Positions 43,453 to 54,112 are shown, counted from the first letter of the stretch. The stretch: 64,000 nucleotides of DNA from an uncultured delta proteobacterium (GCA_963827685.1 CAWHBU010000002.1:800001-864000); one strand, 5' to 3'. Notes: generated from the letters alone by a model not told the origin. Program-made: numbers and translations.

Positions 43453-45387
43453 TTATGATAACTTTTTTTCAAGACTTTGAGAAGCCCCCCTCAGCACTCT
43501 CTTCTCCCCTAATCGAAGTGTCAGTTTGATCTGATCGAAGTACTCAATCAATGGGATGACATATTTTCTTGAGGCCTTGGTCATTTCTTTAAATTGAGGG
43601 GTGGTGATCTCTTGGTGGCTCTTTAAATAGGTGACCAATTCCTCTTTCAAATTTTCGAAGGAGACTCGATGAAAATAGATTTCACCTTTAATCTTGACCA
43701 ATATTCCTTCATGACCGAGATGTTCAAAAATCGCTCGAACCTCTTCCTCTCTTTCAGACCATTCTTCTGACAATTCCCTTGGAGACGGCGGTTGAAGTCC
43801 TCCCTTCAAGACAGCTGCCTCCACCCGCTTGACCAAACCCTTCTCATCGGCAGATGAGACTTGGTGACCGGGAAGCCTCAACTTATCTTTTTCCAATACA
43901 AGCTCTTTCGATTGGATGAACTCATTGATGAGAATTTGAAAAAGTTTAACATCCACCTCTGGAGGAAGTTTTGTCCTCAACTCCTCTTTGGACAATCCGG
44001 ATTTCATCGGGAATTTCTGATGGAATTCCCTCAATTGTGTCAGAGCCAATTCCCTCAGCCCTTGATATTGTCCCCTCTCAATTACTTTCAGTTTTTCAGG
44101 ATCGATGAGCAGAAGAACTCCTTTTTCCGCCATCTTTCTGATGATCGACTGGACCTCACCGGGTGGCATCTCAACGCGGTTCAATAGGTCTTCCAAGGTA
44201 ATACCCCCCATCCTTGAATGATGAATATGCTGTAAGAGGGCTTGTTCACCCGTTCCGTCTTTGAGGAGACTCAGGTCAGTGATTACTGACGAAGAAAATC
44301 TTCTATGTTTGTCCGGATGACTGTCCAGAATAATCCCTCCTCCTACTGTTTGGATGGCAGCCGAGCCCCGGATGACAAAACGGTCCTTAGGCAAGGCCAC
44401 TACCGGCTGTTCCAATCTCAATTGAACGAATCCACTCTCTCCTGGAACCAATTCTTCCCGATCAAGGAGAAATATGGATGTATTAATGAGCGTTGTACCA
44501 ATATGAAACCTCTGTTTGGTACGGTGTTTCAAGGGCCGGGGGGCATCCGGCAAATACTCAAGATAAGCATCGATGAGTTGCGTAGGTCTAAGGGTATTCG
44601 GCCGAATGAGAACGTCCCCTCTCTCAATCGCCGAAGTTTCTATTCCCTGAAGGTTCACGGCTGTTCGTTCCCCTGCAACGGCTTTTTCAACACTCCTATT
44701 ATACACTTGGAGGTTTCTGACCTTCCCTTCTAAGCCAGAAGGAAGAGCTTGAACTGTCTCCCCTAAAGAAAGGCTCCCGGAGATCATGGTCCCTGTCACG
44801 ACTGTTCCAAAGCCTTTCATGATGAAGACGCGGTCGATCGGCAACCGGAATAAACCATCCGGAGACCTCCCTTCAATTTCTTTTGAGAGAAGATCAAGTG
44901 CAGAAATGAGTTGAGGAATTCCTTCCCCTGTCACAGAGGAAACGGCAAGGATCGGGGCACTTTTTAGAAAAGTATTCTCGACAATTTCAGACACTTCTTC
45001 TTTAACTAACTCTAACAATTCGCGATCAACCAGGTCAGTTTTGGTGAGAACGACCAGCCCCTTTTTCACTTTTAAAAGTCTACAGATATCTAAATGCTCT
45101 CTCGTCTGGGGCATGACTCCTTCATCCGCAGCGATGACCAAGGCAACCAGGTCGATCCCCCAAACCCCCGCCACCATATGCTTCACAAACTTTTCGTGGC
45201 CTGGCACATCAATAATCCCCAATTGTATCCCGCTGGGTAGGTCTAAAAAAGTGAATCCCAGTTCGATGGTGATCCCTCTTTCCTTTTCTTCTTTCAGTCT
45301 ATCTGTATCCACACCTGTCAGGGCTTTCACAAGAGCTGTTTTCCCATGATCGATATGTCCGGCAGTGCCAAGAATGACGTGTTTCAT
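43453..45387 (-). CDS. selB: Selenocysteine-specific translation elongation factor
   Basis: [42 protein letters not shown] and a C-terminal winged helix [13 protein letters not shown]. Confidence 0.96.
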   Translation of the reverse strand: MKHVILGTAGHIDHGKTALVKALTGVDTDRLKEEKERGITIELGFTFLDLPSGIQLGIIDVPGHEKFVKHMVAGVWGIDLVALVIAADEGVMPQTREHLDICRLLKVKKGLVVLTKTDLVDRELLELVKEEVSEIVENTFLKSAPILAVSSVTGEGIPQLISALDLLSKEIEGRSPDGLFRLPIDRVFIMKGFGTVVTGTMISGSLSLGETVQALPSGLEGKVRNLQVYNRSVEKAVAGERTAVNLQGIETSAIERGDVLIRPNTLRPTQLIDAYLEYLPDAPRPLKHRTKQRFHIGTTLINTSIFLLDREELVPGESGFVQLRLEQPVVALPKDRFVIRGSAAIQTVGGGIILDSHPDKHRRFSSSVITDLSLLKDGTGEQALLQHIHHSRMGGITLEDLLNRVEMPPGEVQSIIRKMAEKGVLLLIDPEKLKVIERGQYQGLRELALTQLREFHQKFPMKSGLSKEELRTKLPPEVDVKLFQILINEFIQSKELVLEKDKLRLPGHQVSSADEKGLVKRVEAAVLKGGLQPPSPRELSEEWSEREEEVRAIFEHLGHEGILVKIKGEIYFHRVSFENLKEELVTYLKSHQEITTPQFKEMTKASRKYVIPLIEYFDQIKLTLRLGEKRVLRGASQSLEKKLS

Positions 45388-45746
45388 CAGCCACCCCTAC
45401 AATGAATGCTTCCAAGCGATCACTAAACATAACAAAAAGCCTTCCATCTTTCAATTCCATTTCTTTCTCCCTCCTACAATAGGCAATCCGGCCCAAGAAA
45501 GACAAGCCTCTCAGAAAAATCGAGGGATGGGTCCTTTCAGGGAAGTCCGGATTTAGTGAACGGGAATAATACATCCTTCCCCACGATAGAACTTGCTTAG
45601 GATTCCCGTGTGGAACTCATTCTTTTGTCGATTTCATCGCCATCTCCACATGATGAGTGGAGCAATTGGTTTAGGATCAAGGGAAAAAGGGCGGTGCCAC
45701 CCTCGGATGCAGGGAAATCAAGGCTTGGAAGAGCAGGTTCTCCCGA

Positions 45747-45950
45747 TGTGTAAATCCTGTGGAAAAAAATATTTTAGTGTTACGCACTTCTTCAATTCCC
45801 TTAGATAATCAATTTTTAGGATAAAGCGATTAAAAAGATCGTGTGAGATTTCAATAGGTTACAATTTTGTGGTTTATGCCAAAGAAAACACAACATCTTG
45901 TGGCTTAAGAGATGAGTTTCAAAGCTTCGATGTTCATAACCTGTTTATAC
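45747..45950. promoter_or_regulatory. Cluster of NrdR-like and DnaA-like boxes
   Basis: ACACAACATCTTGTGG (45888-45903) with a weaker box 31 bp upstream. DnaA-like pairs TGTGTAAAT/TGTGGAAAA (45747, 45758) and TGTTCATAA/TGTTTATAC (45931, 45942). Confidence 0.45.
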
Positions 45951-46062
45951 GCTGTCTTTCATATAGCCTATTCCTGTTTCCTTCAGATAACAAAAGAGGA
46001 GAGAATTTCATCTTTCTCCCCTCTTTCTCAAACCCATAAAACGGGATTTAGTTTATTAAGGA

Positions 46063-46335
46063 TTACTTTACTGCGCCCTTGAGCAGATTACCCGGCTTGA
46101 ATTTTGCCACTCTGGTGGCAGGAATCTTAATTTCCTTTCCGGTTTGTGGATTCCTCCCTGTTCTTGCCCTCCTCTTCGCCACAGAGAAGGTTCCAAATCC
46201 AGTCAGGGCCAACTTATCTCCCTTTTTTAATGCCTTCATCACCGTATTGGAAAATGCATTGAGGGCTTTTTCAGCCGACGCTTTCGAGATTTTGGCCTCC
46301 TTCCCTATGCTGGCGATCAACTCCGCCTTCGTCAT
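46063..46335 (-). CDS. hup: Histone-like DNA-binding protein HU
   Basis: MTKAELI, GFGTF, ARTGRNPQTG and KFKPG; SD AAGGAGGT. Confidence 0.95.
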   Translation of the reverse strand: MTKAELIASIGKEAKISKASAEKALNAFSNTVMKALKKGDKLALTGFGTFSVAKRRARTGRNPQTGKEIKIPATRVAKFKPGNLLKGAVK

Positions 46336-46483
46336 TTAAATCACCTCCTTTTTTTGGGTGTAATATTTTCTATAATAAAATGGTATCGGGTTACTCAAAA
46401 CGATGCCCATCATAGCCCATCGATATTTTAAAAGTCAAGTCTTTATTTTCAAAAATTAGATCTTCTTATCAAGGGGTCTTCCA

Positions 46484-47635
46484 TCATATAAACGACTCCG
46501 TTAATTCAGAAAGGACTTCCTCAACGCCTCCTGGTCTCTCTGATTCAATCTGTTGAAGGACCCTTTCCACCTGATTCCTGAGTTCCGGTTTGGAAAGGTC
46601 CTCGACCGACTGATAGATTCCCACCCTCCTTCCCAATCGAAAGCTATCCTTTTCTTCTTTGGAAAGCGAAAGATAGCGGTCAATGAGATTTAACATCTTT
46701 TCTTTCTCCTCCGGAAGCTTTCCTTCCACTTCTTGGAGGAGGTTCAAGATGTGATCACTCACAAAGGTACTTGTGATGCCCTCTAAATGTTCGATCAAAA
46801 GCCTTTCTTCTTCTATGATCTCATCATCGCTCATTAGTATGAATTCACCTTTTTCGATTTTCTGGTAAAGGAGCATCGTTTTTAAGACTTTCAGTGTTCG
46901 AACCCGAATAAAGTCGGGGTCAATCTGACTAAGAACCTTCGCCGTTTCCATGGCGTGTTCCCGCCACATCCCTCTCCCTCCCAACCCAAGGATCACATAT
47001 TCTGAAAGGGAGATCCCAGACTCCTTCACCCTTCTTCCCGCCTCGATATGTTCTTGAGCCGTTACTCCCTTTTTGATATATTGAAGGAGAGGATCGTATC
47101 CAGTCTCTAAACCAATATGAATTCTGGAAAGCCCGGCGCGGCGAAGATCCTGAAGCTCCTCAACCTTCTTTTTTGAAACCGTTTTGGCCCGGGCGTAAGT
47201 GGTCATCCTTTCGATAGCCGGGAAGGCTTTTTTCAAATATTTCAATATCTCAACTAATTCACTGGTTCTGAGAATCAGGTTGTCTCCGTCTTGAAGAAAG
47301 ACATTCCTCCCACCGTTGTATAGCCACAAAGCCACACTGCGAAAGCCGTCTGAATCGTGTTTTGGATCCTGCAAAATGAGATTGACAAGGGGAACGGTTA
47401 TCTCTCCTGCGAATCCATATCTCCAGGACAGGGCTCTTATCTCTGAAACAATCTCTTGAACGACGTCGATATCCTGCTTTACCTCTTCCGCGGTCCTCAT
47501 ACTAAATTTTTCTTCCTTGTAGGTATGGCAAAATTCACAACGATTCCAAGGACAATTCCTTGTTACCCTTAGGAGAAGGCTATAGGCTTCACTCGGAGGA
47601 CGGATAGGACCTTGTTCAAAATGAAGTTTTGTCAT
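46484..47635 (-). CDS. Radical SAM protein (IRPPSE family)
   Basis: GPIRPPSEA, CPWNRCEFC (CxxxCxxC), FLQDGD, HIGLETG and SDHILNL. Confidence 0.85.
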   Translation of the reverse strand: MTKLHFEQGPIRPPSEAYSLLLRVTRNCPWNRCEFCHTYKEEKFSMRTAEEVKQDIDVVQEIVSEIRALSWRYGFAGEITVPLVNLILQDPKHDSDGFRSVALWLYNGGRNVFLQDGDNLILRTSELVEILKYLKKAFPAIERMTTYARAKTVSKKKVEELQDLRRAGLSRIHIGLETGYDPLLQYIKKGVTAQEHIEAGRRVKESGISLSEYVILGLGGRGMWREHAMETAKVLSQIDPDFIRVRTLKVLKTMLLYQKIEKGEFILMSDDEIIEEERLLIEHLEGITSTFVSDHILNLLQEVEGKLPEEKEKMLNLIDRYLSLSKEEKDSFRLGRRVGIYQSVEDLSKPELRNQVERVLQQIESERPGGVEEVLSELTESFI

Positions 47636-47696
47636 CAAATCGGACTCCAAATTATTCCTTTCAAACATCCGCGACTCTAAAGCTTCCGAAGCTGGT

Positions 47697-47757
47697 CACC
47701 TGTCCCACAGCGCGATTGCGACACAGCCTCATCGGGGAGAGAGGGGGTGAAATGGGG
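47697..47757. repeat. Degenerate REP-like hairpin with inserted GATTGCGACACAG module
   Basis: CACCTGTCCC-acagcgcgattgcgacacagcctcatc-GGGGAGAGAGGGGGTG has the same architecture as 40112-40156. Confidence 0.45.
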
Positions 47758-48291
47758 TTAAAGATGCTGAAGGGCATTGGGGTTGATCTGTAAAATAAAA
47801 AAGATTTTATTCTCAATTCCATAGATCTCTTTTTCCAAATGCTCTAAATAATCCATGGCTCTCTGATGTGTACCATATCTTTCTTTGAGATCGCTAAACC
47901 TCTCCTCTAGTGAAACAATCCGATCGTGCATCACACGTTTATCTGCGTAATTCACGATTTCCTCTTCAGAGACCGACGAAGCCTCTCCCTCTTTCCTCAA
48001 CCGAATATGTTGTGCCACGACTTCTCCTACCCTTTCATAACCCATCCCCTTTAATAACTGAGAGCCTGTCTGGGCGTGGTCTTCCTTTGTCATGAGGCAC
48101 TCTGTTTTCGTAAGGTCATGCAATAAAGAGGCTGCTTCCACTAAACCGAGATCAATCCTTTGGCCCTTTCTATTTAATTCCACGGATAGAAAAAGGGCTA
48201 CTCTTGCCACCTCGAGGCTGTGACGAATAATATTCTCCAGCATTCCATATTGCCCCATCAGCCTCAAGCATTCTTCTTTGGTAGGAATCAT
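47758..48291 (-). CDS. HD-domain phosphohydrolase (HDIG-like)
   Basis: NIIRHSLEV, ASLLHDLTK, DHAQTG and VNYADKRV. Native start is likely MIPTKEEC (48291); the ORF extends upstream through the MITE to GTG 48447. Confidence 0.8.
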   Translation of the reverse strand: MIPTKEECLRLMGQYGMLENIIRHSLEVARVALFLSVELNRKGQRIDLGLVEAASLLHDLTKTECLMTKEDHAQTGSQLLKGMGYERVGEVVAQHIRLRKEGEASSVSEEEIVNYADKRVMHDRIVSLEERFSDLKERYGTHQRAMDYLEHLEKEIYGIENKIFFILQINPNALQHL

Positions 48292-48308
48292 CTCTATGGG
48301 CAGTCTCG

Positions 48309-48448
48309 TGGCCGGAACGAGCCCCGCAAGCCCCGTCCCGCCCTTGGCGGGATAGGCGGGGTTAAGGGGCACAATATGAATGATATTACAGTGCGGGAAG
48401 CCCCGCCGTGCCGGTCCCGTCCTGACGGGATGGGCGGGGAGCCTCACT
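48309..48448 (-). mobile_element. ~140-bp double-hairpin MITE-like dispersed element, copy 2
   Basis: Reverse complement matches 39093-39242 except in the second hairpin loop. Confidence 0.75.
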
Positions 48449-48974
48449 ACCTTCTCAAAAAAACGGTTTTCTCCAGGGGGTCTCTTTCTCCTTCGCCTGG
48501 TCTTTTGGCTGGGTGGCCGAATGCCACAATGGCCATCAATTCTAAATCCTTACCTACCCCTAATAACTCCCCCACCTTCTCTTTATTCTTTAAAATCTCT
48601 CCCAACCACACTGCTCCTAATCCCAGGGAATGAATAGTGAGAAGCATGTTTTGAATGCAGGCTCCTACTGCCTGGACATCCTTTGTTCTGTCATAAACTC
48701 TCGAATGATCCAAAAAAACGGCGACGCAAACCGGAGCCCCCTGGATGATGGATCGAGAATGCGTAAGACCGGCTAAGGACTCTTTCAACATCGGGTTCTG
48801 AATGGTGGCAAACTTCCAAGGCTGGTTGTTCTTCCCGGAGGGAGCCGACAAACCTGATTCGAGAATTTGATCCAAGACTTCATCCGAAACCGATTCCTTG
48901 GTAAACTGACGGATGGATCTTCTCGCTCTGATGGCTTCGATGACTGGATTCTTAGATCCCATCTTCTTACTCAT
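48447..48974 (-). CDS. Nitroreductase family protein
   Basis: RRSIRQF, APSGKNNQPWKF, IQNMLL..HSLGLGAVW and AFGHP. Confidence 0.88.
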   Translation of the reverse strand: MSKKMGSKNPVIEAIRARRSIRQFTKESVSDEVLDQILESGLSAPSGKNNQPWKFATIQNPMLKESLAGLTHSRSIIQGAPVCVAVFLDHSRVYDRTKDVQAVGACIQNMLLTIHSLGLGAVWLGEILKNKEKVGELLGVGKDLELMAIVAFGHPAKRPGEGERDPLEKTVFLRR

Positions 48975-49046
48975 GATTTTATCTGCAAGGGTTTAGCCGG
49001 TTCTTATTCTAAATCTTGGCCTGAGCCTCAAGCTTAACCGGTGTTG

Positions 49047-50183
49047 TTAGGAATTTATTGTTTCATCCTGTTTTTCTTTGAATGGCAACGACGGCTGGCT
49101 TTCAATCTGATCCAATTTAAAACTAAATTTGTCCAATCGTCTTCTGGCTTCCTCAAACTTATTCAGGGCATTCGTTAGATGTTTTCCCACCAATTGAAAA
49201 TCCTCTTGAAAGCCTCCTATGTCTTTTTTCAGACCCGACAGTAAAGCCTGTATCTTCAGAGCATCCTTCTCGATCTGTAATCCTTTTAGCCCGAGGATGA
49301 TCACTTGGAGATAGGCATAGAAAGAGTTTGGAGACACAGGGATCACCCTTTTAGTCAATGCGTAGTTTAAGACACCTTTCTCTTCCCCGAACGACTCATC
49401 CTTGGTGATCGTTTCATAATAGACATTTTCTGCGGGGATGTAGAGCAAGGCGAAATCGTAGGTTCCTTCTTGAGGGAGAATATACTTATTGGCAATGTCG
49501 TCAATATGTTTCTTCACATCTCTGTAAAAAATCTTCTGACATGTTTTCCTCTCTTCATCCGTTTTGCATTCGATGACCCGTTTGAAATTGTCGAGGGGAA
49601 ACTTCGAATCGATGGGAACGAGTTTTTCTCCTATTTTCACTACCGCATCCACCCTCTCCCCGCTCAAAAAAGTGTGCTGAAGAGTGAAGAATTCGGGCGG
49701 GAGAATCTGGGATAACAATTCTCCCAAAAATTGTTCCCCCAATCCTCCCCTTAATTTAGGAGGCCGAAGGATTTCCTGAAGGGTGGCAATATTTTTTCCA
49801 ACTTCATGGATCTGTTCACTGGTCTTGGAGAGCTCCCCAAGCTTTTCACTCACCTTACTAATCACTTCTCTTGCGCTGTCCAGTCGTTGACCGATCTGCC
49901 CACTGGAGTTCTGAAGTTGTTGGTTCACCAGCTGAAGTTGTTGGTTCACCTGTTCATTGATCGCTCTCAACTGTTCGGTGAGGAGAGAAATATTCTTATT
50001 GAGCCCATCGCCCATCTGCCCTCTTAATTGTTCCATTTGCTGTTGCATCAGGGCCCACATCGGTTGAGAAGATGAATCTACTTTGATCTCCTCGAGCCTC
50101 TTCCTCCACCTCTGTTCCATCAAGAAAAAGAGAGCCACTACCACAGCACCGATTAGACCTAAAAGCAAATAGACCCCCTGCAT
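49047..50183 (-). CDS. rmuC: DNA recombination protein RmuC family
   Basis: N-terminal TM, coiled coil, KLRGGLGE, PIDSKFP, KYI...T.DFALLYIPAE and PVSPNS. Confidence 0.88.
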   Translation of the reverse strand: MQGVYLLLGLIGAVVVALFFLMEQRWRKRLEEIKVDSSSQPMWALMQQQMEQLRGQMGDGLNKNISLLTEQLRAINEQVNQQLQLVNQQLQNSSGQIGQRLDSAREVISKVSEKLGELSKTSEQIHEVGKNIATLQEILRPPKLRGGLGEQFLGELLSQILPPEFFTLQHTFLSGERVDAVVKIGEKLVPIDSKFPLDNFKRVIECKTDEERKTCQKIFYRDVKKHIDDIANKYILPQEGTYDFALLYIPAENVYYETITKDESFGEEKGVLNYALTKRVIPVSPNSFYAYLQVIILGLKGLQIEKDALKIQALLSGLKKDIGGFQEDFQLVGKHLTNALNKFEEARRRLDKFSFKLDQIESQPSLPFKEKQDETINS

Positions 50184-50211
50184 TCTTACTCCTTAGGAGT
50201 GGCGTTCTCTA

Positions 50212-51354
50212 TCACGGATGTCGAATGATGAGATGCCCTTCTACCTTCTTCTTTATGAGATTCGTGATGAAGATACTCCAAACACTCTCTTTCTCAGCTT
50301 CTTCAAAAAGGACGGGAAATTCTACTTTGAGGGGGCTCTTCCCTGTGAGGGTATAAATTCCATCGACGCTTCCCGATTTCTTGAAAGAAAGCATCAGGGA
50401 GGAACTACCCCATTCGCATCTTGCCTCGATCGTCACCTTTTCTGTTTGAGCTTTACTCCGGAGTCGGGGGGCGGAAAAAGAAAAAGAGAATTCTTCTTTT
50501 CCCTGAGGCCTGATCTTAAACGGAAAGAGGATGAATGTCCTCTCAAGGGTATTATTTTCTAAACGGATATCATCGGAGGGCAACTCCGGAGAGATAGAAA
50601 CCTTCACTTTGGAAATCCCGGCAATAACTACCTGATAAGGAGGGGCGACCATGTAACGATTCTTAAGATTGGCCTTTAATGCCTCAGAGATAAAATGGTC
50701 GAACTCCGACATCTTCTGGTCGTTCACAAACACCTGAATCTGAAAGATGGCGCCCTTCCGGAGATCGACTTCACCGGCATTGGACAGGATGATCATGAGT
50801 TCCAAATCCTCTGTCAAATCCAAATCTTCCACCACGATGTCCGGTCCAACGGGAAGGCCATCCAATGTCTTTTTTTGGCCCTCATTCTCCTCAATGGTGG
50901 GGTCGGGAACAATGGGTTTGGCCTCTAATTTTTCTTTTCCTAAAACCTTAGGGAAGACATTACTCAATTTATTTTCTTCAACCGTCTTCTCTTCCTTATC
51001 CAGAACGGCCCGGACCTCGTGCCTACCGGCCAACTCAATCGGAGTGGTGTAGAGGGTAGACCCTCCTGGCTCAAGAAAGCTCTGATCCGGAAAGGTTCCA
51101 AGGGAGTCTTTCCATTTTAAAAGACCATCTACGTAAATCGCCAAACTCCCAACCCCATTGGGAGCAGGCCCCTTCCCAGTATTTGAAAGCATAACCTCTA
51201 TCTTTCCAGTCTCACTTAAAGAAATATCCGAAATGGTAAGGTGCGGGAGGAGAACAGGTTGAGGTGGAGCGGGAGGAGGTTGAGTAGTGACTTGGGCTGC
51301 ACAACTGAAGAGAAGGACAGAAACGGCGAAGATTGCAGTCGCCCTTTTAAACAT
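50212..51354 (-). CDS. Putative lipoprotein with two CARDB-like Ig domains
   Basis: Lipobox LLFSC, Pro-rich linker, and PHLTISDI...SNTGKG and PDIVVEDL...SNAG...ENN repeats. Confidence 0.55.
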   Translation of the reverse strand: MFKRATAIFAVSVLLFSCAAQVTTQPPPAPPQPVLLPHLTISDISLSETGKIEVMLSNTGKGPAPNGVGSLAIYVDGLLKWKDSLGTFPDQSFLEPGGSTLYTTPIELAGRHEVRAVLDKEEKTVEENKLSNVFPKVLGKEKLEAKPIVPDPTIEENEGQKKTLDGLPVGPDIVVEDLDLTEDLELMIILSNAGEVDLRKGAIFQIQVFVNDQKMSEFDHFISEALKANLKNRYMVAPPYQVVIAGISKVKVSISPELPSDDIRLENNTLERTFILFPFKIRPQGKEEFSFSFSAPRLRSKAQTEKVTIEARCEWGSSSLMLSFKKSGSVDGIYTLTGKSPLKVEFPVLFEEAEKESVWSIFITNLIKKKVEGHLIIRHP

Positions 51355-51531
51355 GAAAGAAATTTAACCTCCCTGGGAATCAAAATAACGTAACACACAG
51401 CGGAATGCAAGGGGTTTTTCCGTCTTTTGTTTGATCTTATTAGGCATTTCGATATATCATTATTACTGAGTTGCACCGTTCAGGCATGTCTGGGTTCATA
51501 CCATCTTAAATTCTATCCATGGAGGTAGCTC

Positions 51532-52689
51532 ATGAGAAGGACTATAAAAATAATTCTCCCTTTCATTCTATTTGCTTTCTCTTTTGTTTACATAAATCAC
51601 GCTGTCAGTGAGGGGCAAAGTGCGAAGCAAAAACGGCCTAACAGTCTTCATAAACTTCACTTTATTCCAACACACGATTTGATTGTGGCCGTTTGCGGCT
51701 CAGTTCCGAATGGTAGTATCAGGTTCTGGTCAATTAACGATGGAAAGTTGAAAGAAATAATTGATCTCGGAAAAGATGTATGGGCTCGCCCCTTAGCAGT
51801 GAGCAACAATGGGAATTTAGTTGTAATTTGATTATTTACCAAGAACAAAACCGCATGTTATTCTTTACGAGAAAAGAAATGGTTATGGAGAGTGAATTGG
51901 GTGGGAAGAGGCGTGGTGGGTAATGGTATGCGGTTTACACTTGATGACCGGAGGTTGGTCGTTGTGGGTTTCAAAAATATCGTAACGTATGATGCTGAGA
52001 CCGGTGCCATGCTCCAAACCCAGGAAGATTCCAAAGGTTTTTGTGCCGGACTTCCTAATTATAATACAAGGAATATTGCAGTAAGTCAGAGCGCCAGATA
52101 TGCTGCATTTTGGCAGGGCAGACAAGAGGCCCATGAGAAATGGTGGACCTCCAAGAACATTTGGGTAGTGGTGCGGGACATAGAAGCAGAAAAGATTATC
52201 GCCAAGCAAGGGAAAATGAAACAAAAATACGAGAATTGCTCTGGTGTATTTACACCCGATGAGAAGGATTTAGTCCTTGGTTCATTGGGTGGGCATATAA
52301 GGGTTTGGTCTATTACAGAACAGAAGGTAGTCAGAGAATGGAATGCAACCGGCAGCGGTGAATCAGATTCTATTACAGAAGCTTCTTCTTTTGAAGCTAT
52401 CGGCTCTATGACTTTTTCTCCGAAGGGACAACACCTTGCCACAATGGGTTTTTTCAAAAAGGGGGTTTCCATAAGAATCTGGGATTACGCAACGAATAAA
52501 CCGATTCATGAGTTTGTTGATGTATGTTCTTCGGGTCTTGCGATGGGTGACGACTATCCTATGGCTTTCAGCCCTGATGGGAAATACTTTGCTTTTGAGC
52601 AACAAGGGCAGGTTTGTCTGTACGATACCCAGACCTGGGAGGAGAAATGGTGCGTTTTTTCTTGGCCGGAGGACTATCGGGTGAAGTGA
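51532..52689 (+). pseudogene. Secreted WD40/beta-propeller protein interrupted by an in-frame TGA at 51829-51831
   Basis: ORFs 51532..51831 and 51892..52689 are in the same frame with a single stop between them. Signal peptide plus propeller motifs GSIRFWS, FTPDEK, GHIRVWS, FSPKG, IRIWD and AFSPDG. Confidence 0.65.
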
Positions 52690-52778
52690 CCTGCGTGGGT
52701 GGATAGGGTAAGTAAGGGAGCAGAACCTTGACACCCATTGTTTAAAATTGTATTTCTTTGATAGGTTAGCAATGATCA

Positions 52779-52810
52779 GTTTGGGGACGGATAAATCTCT
52801 GTCCCCAAAC
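52779..52810. repeat. GGGGAC/GTCCCC hairpin (REP-like or terminator)
   Basis: GTTTGGGGAC-ggataaatctct-GTCCCCAAAC, a perfect 10-bp stem. Confidence 0.6.
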
Positions 52811-52872
52811 GTTCGAGAGGTCTTTGAAAAACTCTTAAAAATCGTTATCACAGACTTCCCATTACATTGTTC

Positions 52873-52953
52873 ACCCCCACCCTCACCCTTCCCCATCAAG
52901 GGGGAGGGGAACGGTTCTATCTTCATCGTTTGAGGGTGTACAAACTGGCCATG
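52873..52953. repeat. CCCT-type REP hairpin plus copy 2 of the CATGGCC short repeat
   Basis: CACCCCCACCCTCACCCTTCCCC-atcaa-GGGGGAGGG, then CTTCATCGTTTGAGGGTGTACAAACTGGCCATG. Confidence 0.55.
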
Positions 52954-52995
52954 AGTAACTAAAGAGGTTTTCCAGAAATCTCTTCTGGAGGAAAC

Positions 52996-54039
52996 ATGAA
53001 GGACTTTATCGATCTCAGAAGTGATACCGTGACCAAACCCACGCCTGCCATGAGAAAAGCGATGGCAGAGGCAGAAGTCGGGGATGACGTCTTTGGAGAA
53101 GACCCTACTGTAAACCTCCTCCAGGAAAAGGTGGCCAATCTACTCGGAAAAGAAGCTTCCCTTTTCGTTCCCTCAGGAACCATGGCCAATCAGTTGTCCA
53201 TCAAATCCCATACGCAGCCCGGCGACGAGGTGGTCATCGAATCTTCTTCTCATCCGTATAATTTTGAGGGCGGAGCCGGCGCCGCCCTTTCAGGTGTCCA
53301 ATTTCAGTGTCTCAAAGGCGTACGAGGTATTCTCGATGCTTCTCAGATTGAAGAAGCCATCAGGCCTGCTGATCACCATTTTCCTGTCACAAGACTGGTC
53401 TGTCTTGAAAACACTCACAACCGCGGCGGTGGCTCTATCTTTCCTCTTGAAAAAATGGCTGAGATCTATCGATTGGCCAAATCCAAAGGGCTTCTTCTTC
53501 ATCTCGATGGGGCCAGGCTTTGGAACGCTTCGGTGGCCACAGGAATTAAACCCCATGAATATGCTCAATGGGCAGACTCCGTATCGGTCTGTCTGTCTAA
53601 AGGATTAGGAGCTCCCATTGGCTCCTTGGTCGCAGGCACCAAACCGTATATCGATCGCGTTCATCGGTTCCGAAAAATGTTTGGAGGTGGAATGCGTCAG
53701 GTAGGAATCATTGCTGCTGCTGGAATCTATGCATTAGACCACCACGTCGAACGTCTGAAAGAAGACCACCAGAATGCAAAGCGCTTGGCCGTGGGTTTGA
53801 AAGAATTTAAAGGAGTCTCCATTGACCCAAGACACGTGGAAACGAATATTGTGATTTTTGATGTCGCCAATACAAGGATGACAGCTCTGCAGGTTGCTGA
53901 AGCAATGAAGAAGGAAGGTGTCCTCATCCATGCTTTTGGCAAGATCCAAATCCGCCTGGTCACCCATCTGGATGTCGCCGCTGAAGATATTGAGAATGCG
54001 TTAAAAAGCTTTGAGAAAGTGTTAGGTAGGGGAAATTGA
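52996..54039 (+). CDS. ltaE: Low-specificity L-threonine aldolase
   Basis: [52 protein letters not shown] and GGGMRQ. Confidence 0.94.
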   Translation: MKDFIDLRSDTVTKPTPAMRKAMAEAEVGDDVFGEDPTVNLLQEKVANLLGKEASLFVPSGTMANQLSIKSHTQPGDEVVIESSSHPYNFEGGAGAALSGVQFQCLKGVRGILDASQIEEAIRPADHHFPVTRLVCLENTHNRGGGSIFPLEKMAEIYRLAKSKGLLLHLDGARLWNASVATGIKPHEYAQWADSVSVCLSKGLGAPIGSLVAGTKPYIDRVHRFRKMFGGGMRQVGIIAAAGIYALDHHVERLKEDHQNAKRLAVGLKEFKGVSIDPRHVETNIVIFDVANTRMTALQVAEAMKKEGVLIHAFGKIQIRLVTHLDVAAEDIENALKSFEKVLGRGN

Positions 54040-54048
54040 AACCACGCG

Positions 54049-54100
54049 CCCCCTCACTCCATCCTTCTCCCTTTGTGGGGAGAGCGGGAGGCTAAGAGGC
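54049..54100. repeat. Degenerate CCCTCTCCC-type REP
   Basis: CCCCCTCACTCCATCCTTCTCCCTTTGTGGGGAGAGCGGGAGG. Confidence 0.45.
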
Positions 54101-54112
54101 AAGGAGAAAATC

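Noticed and set aside
45747-45950. Chromosomal origin (oriC)
   Set aside because: Only one consensus DnaA box, no clear DUE, and no dnaA/dnaN/gidA nearby. Kept only as a regulatory cluster.
45388-46062. tRNA-Sec (selC) or another tRNA next to selB
   Set aside because: No cloverleaf, TCA anticodon arm or T-loop GTTCGA context recognisable on either strand by eye.
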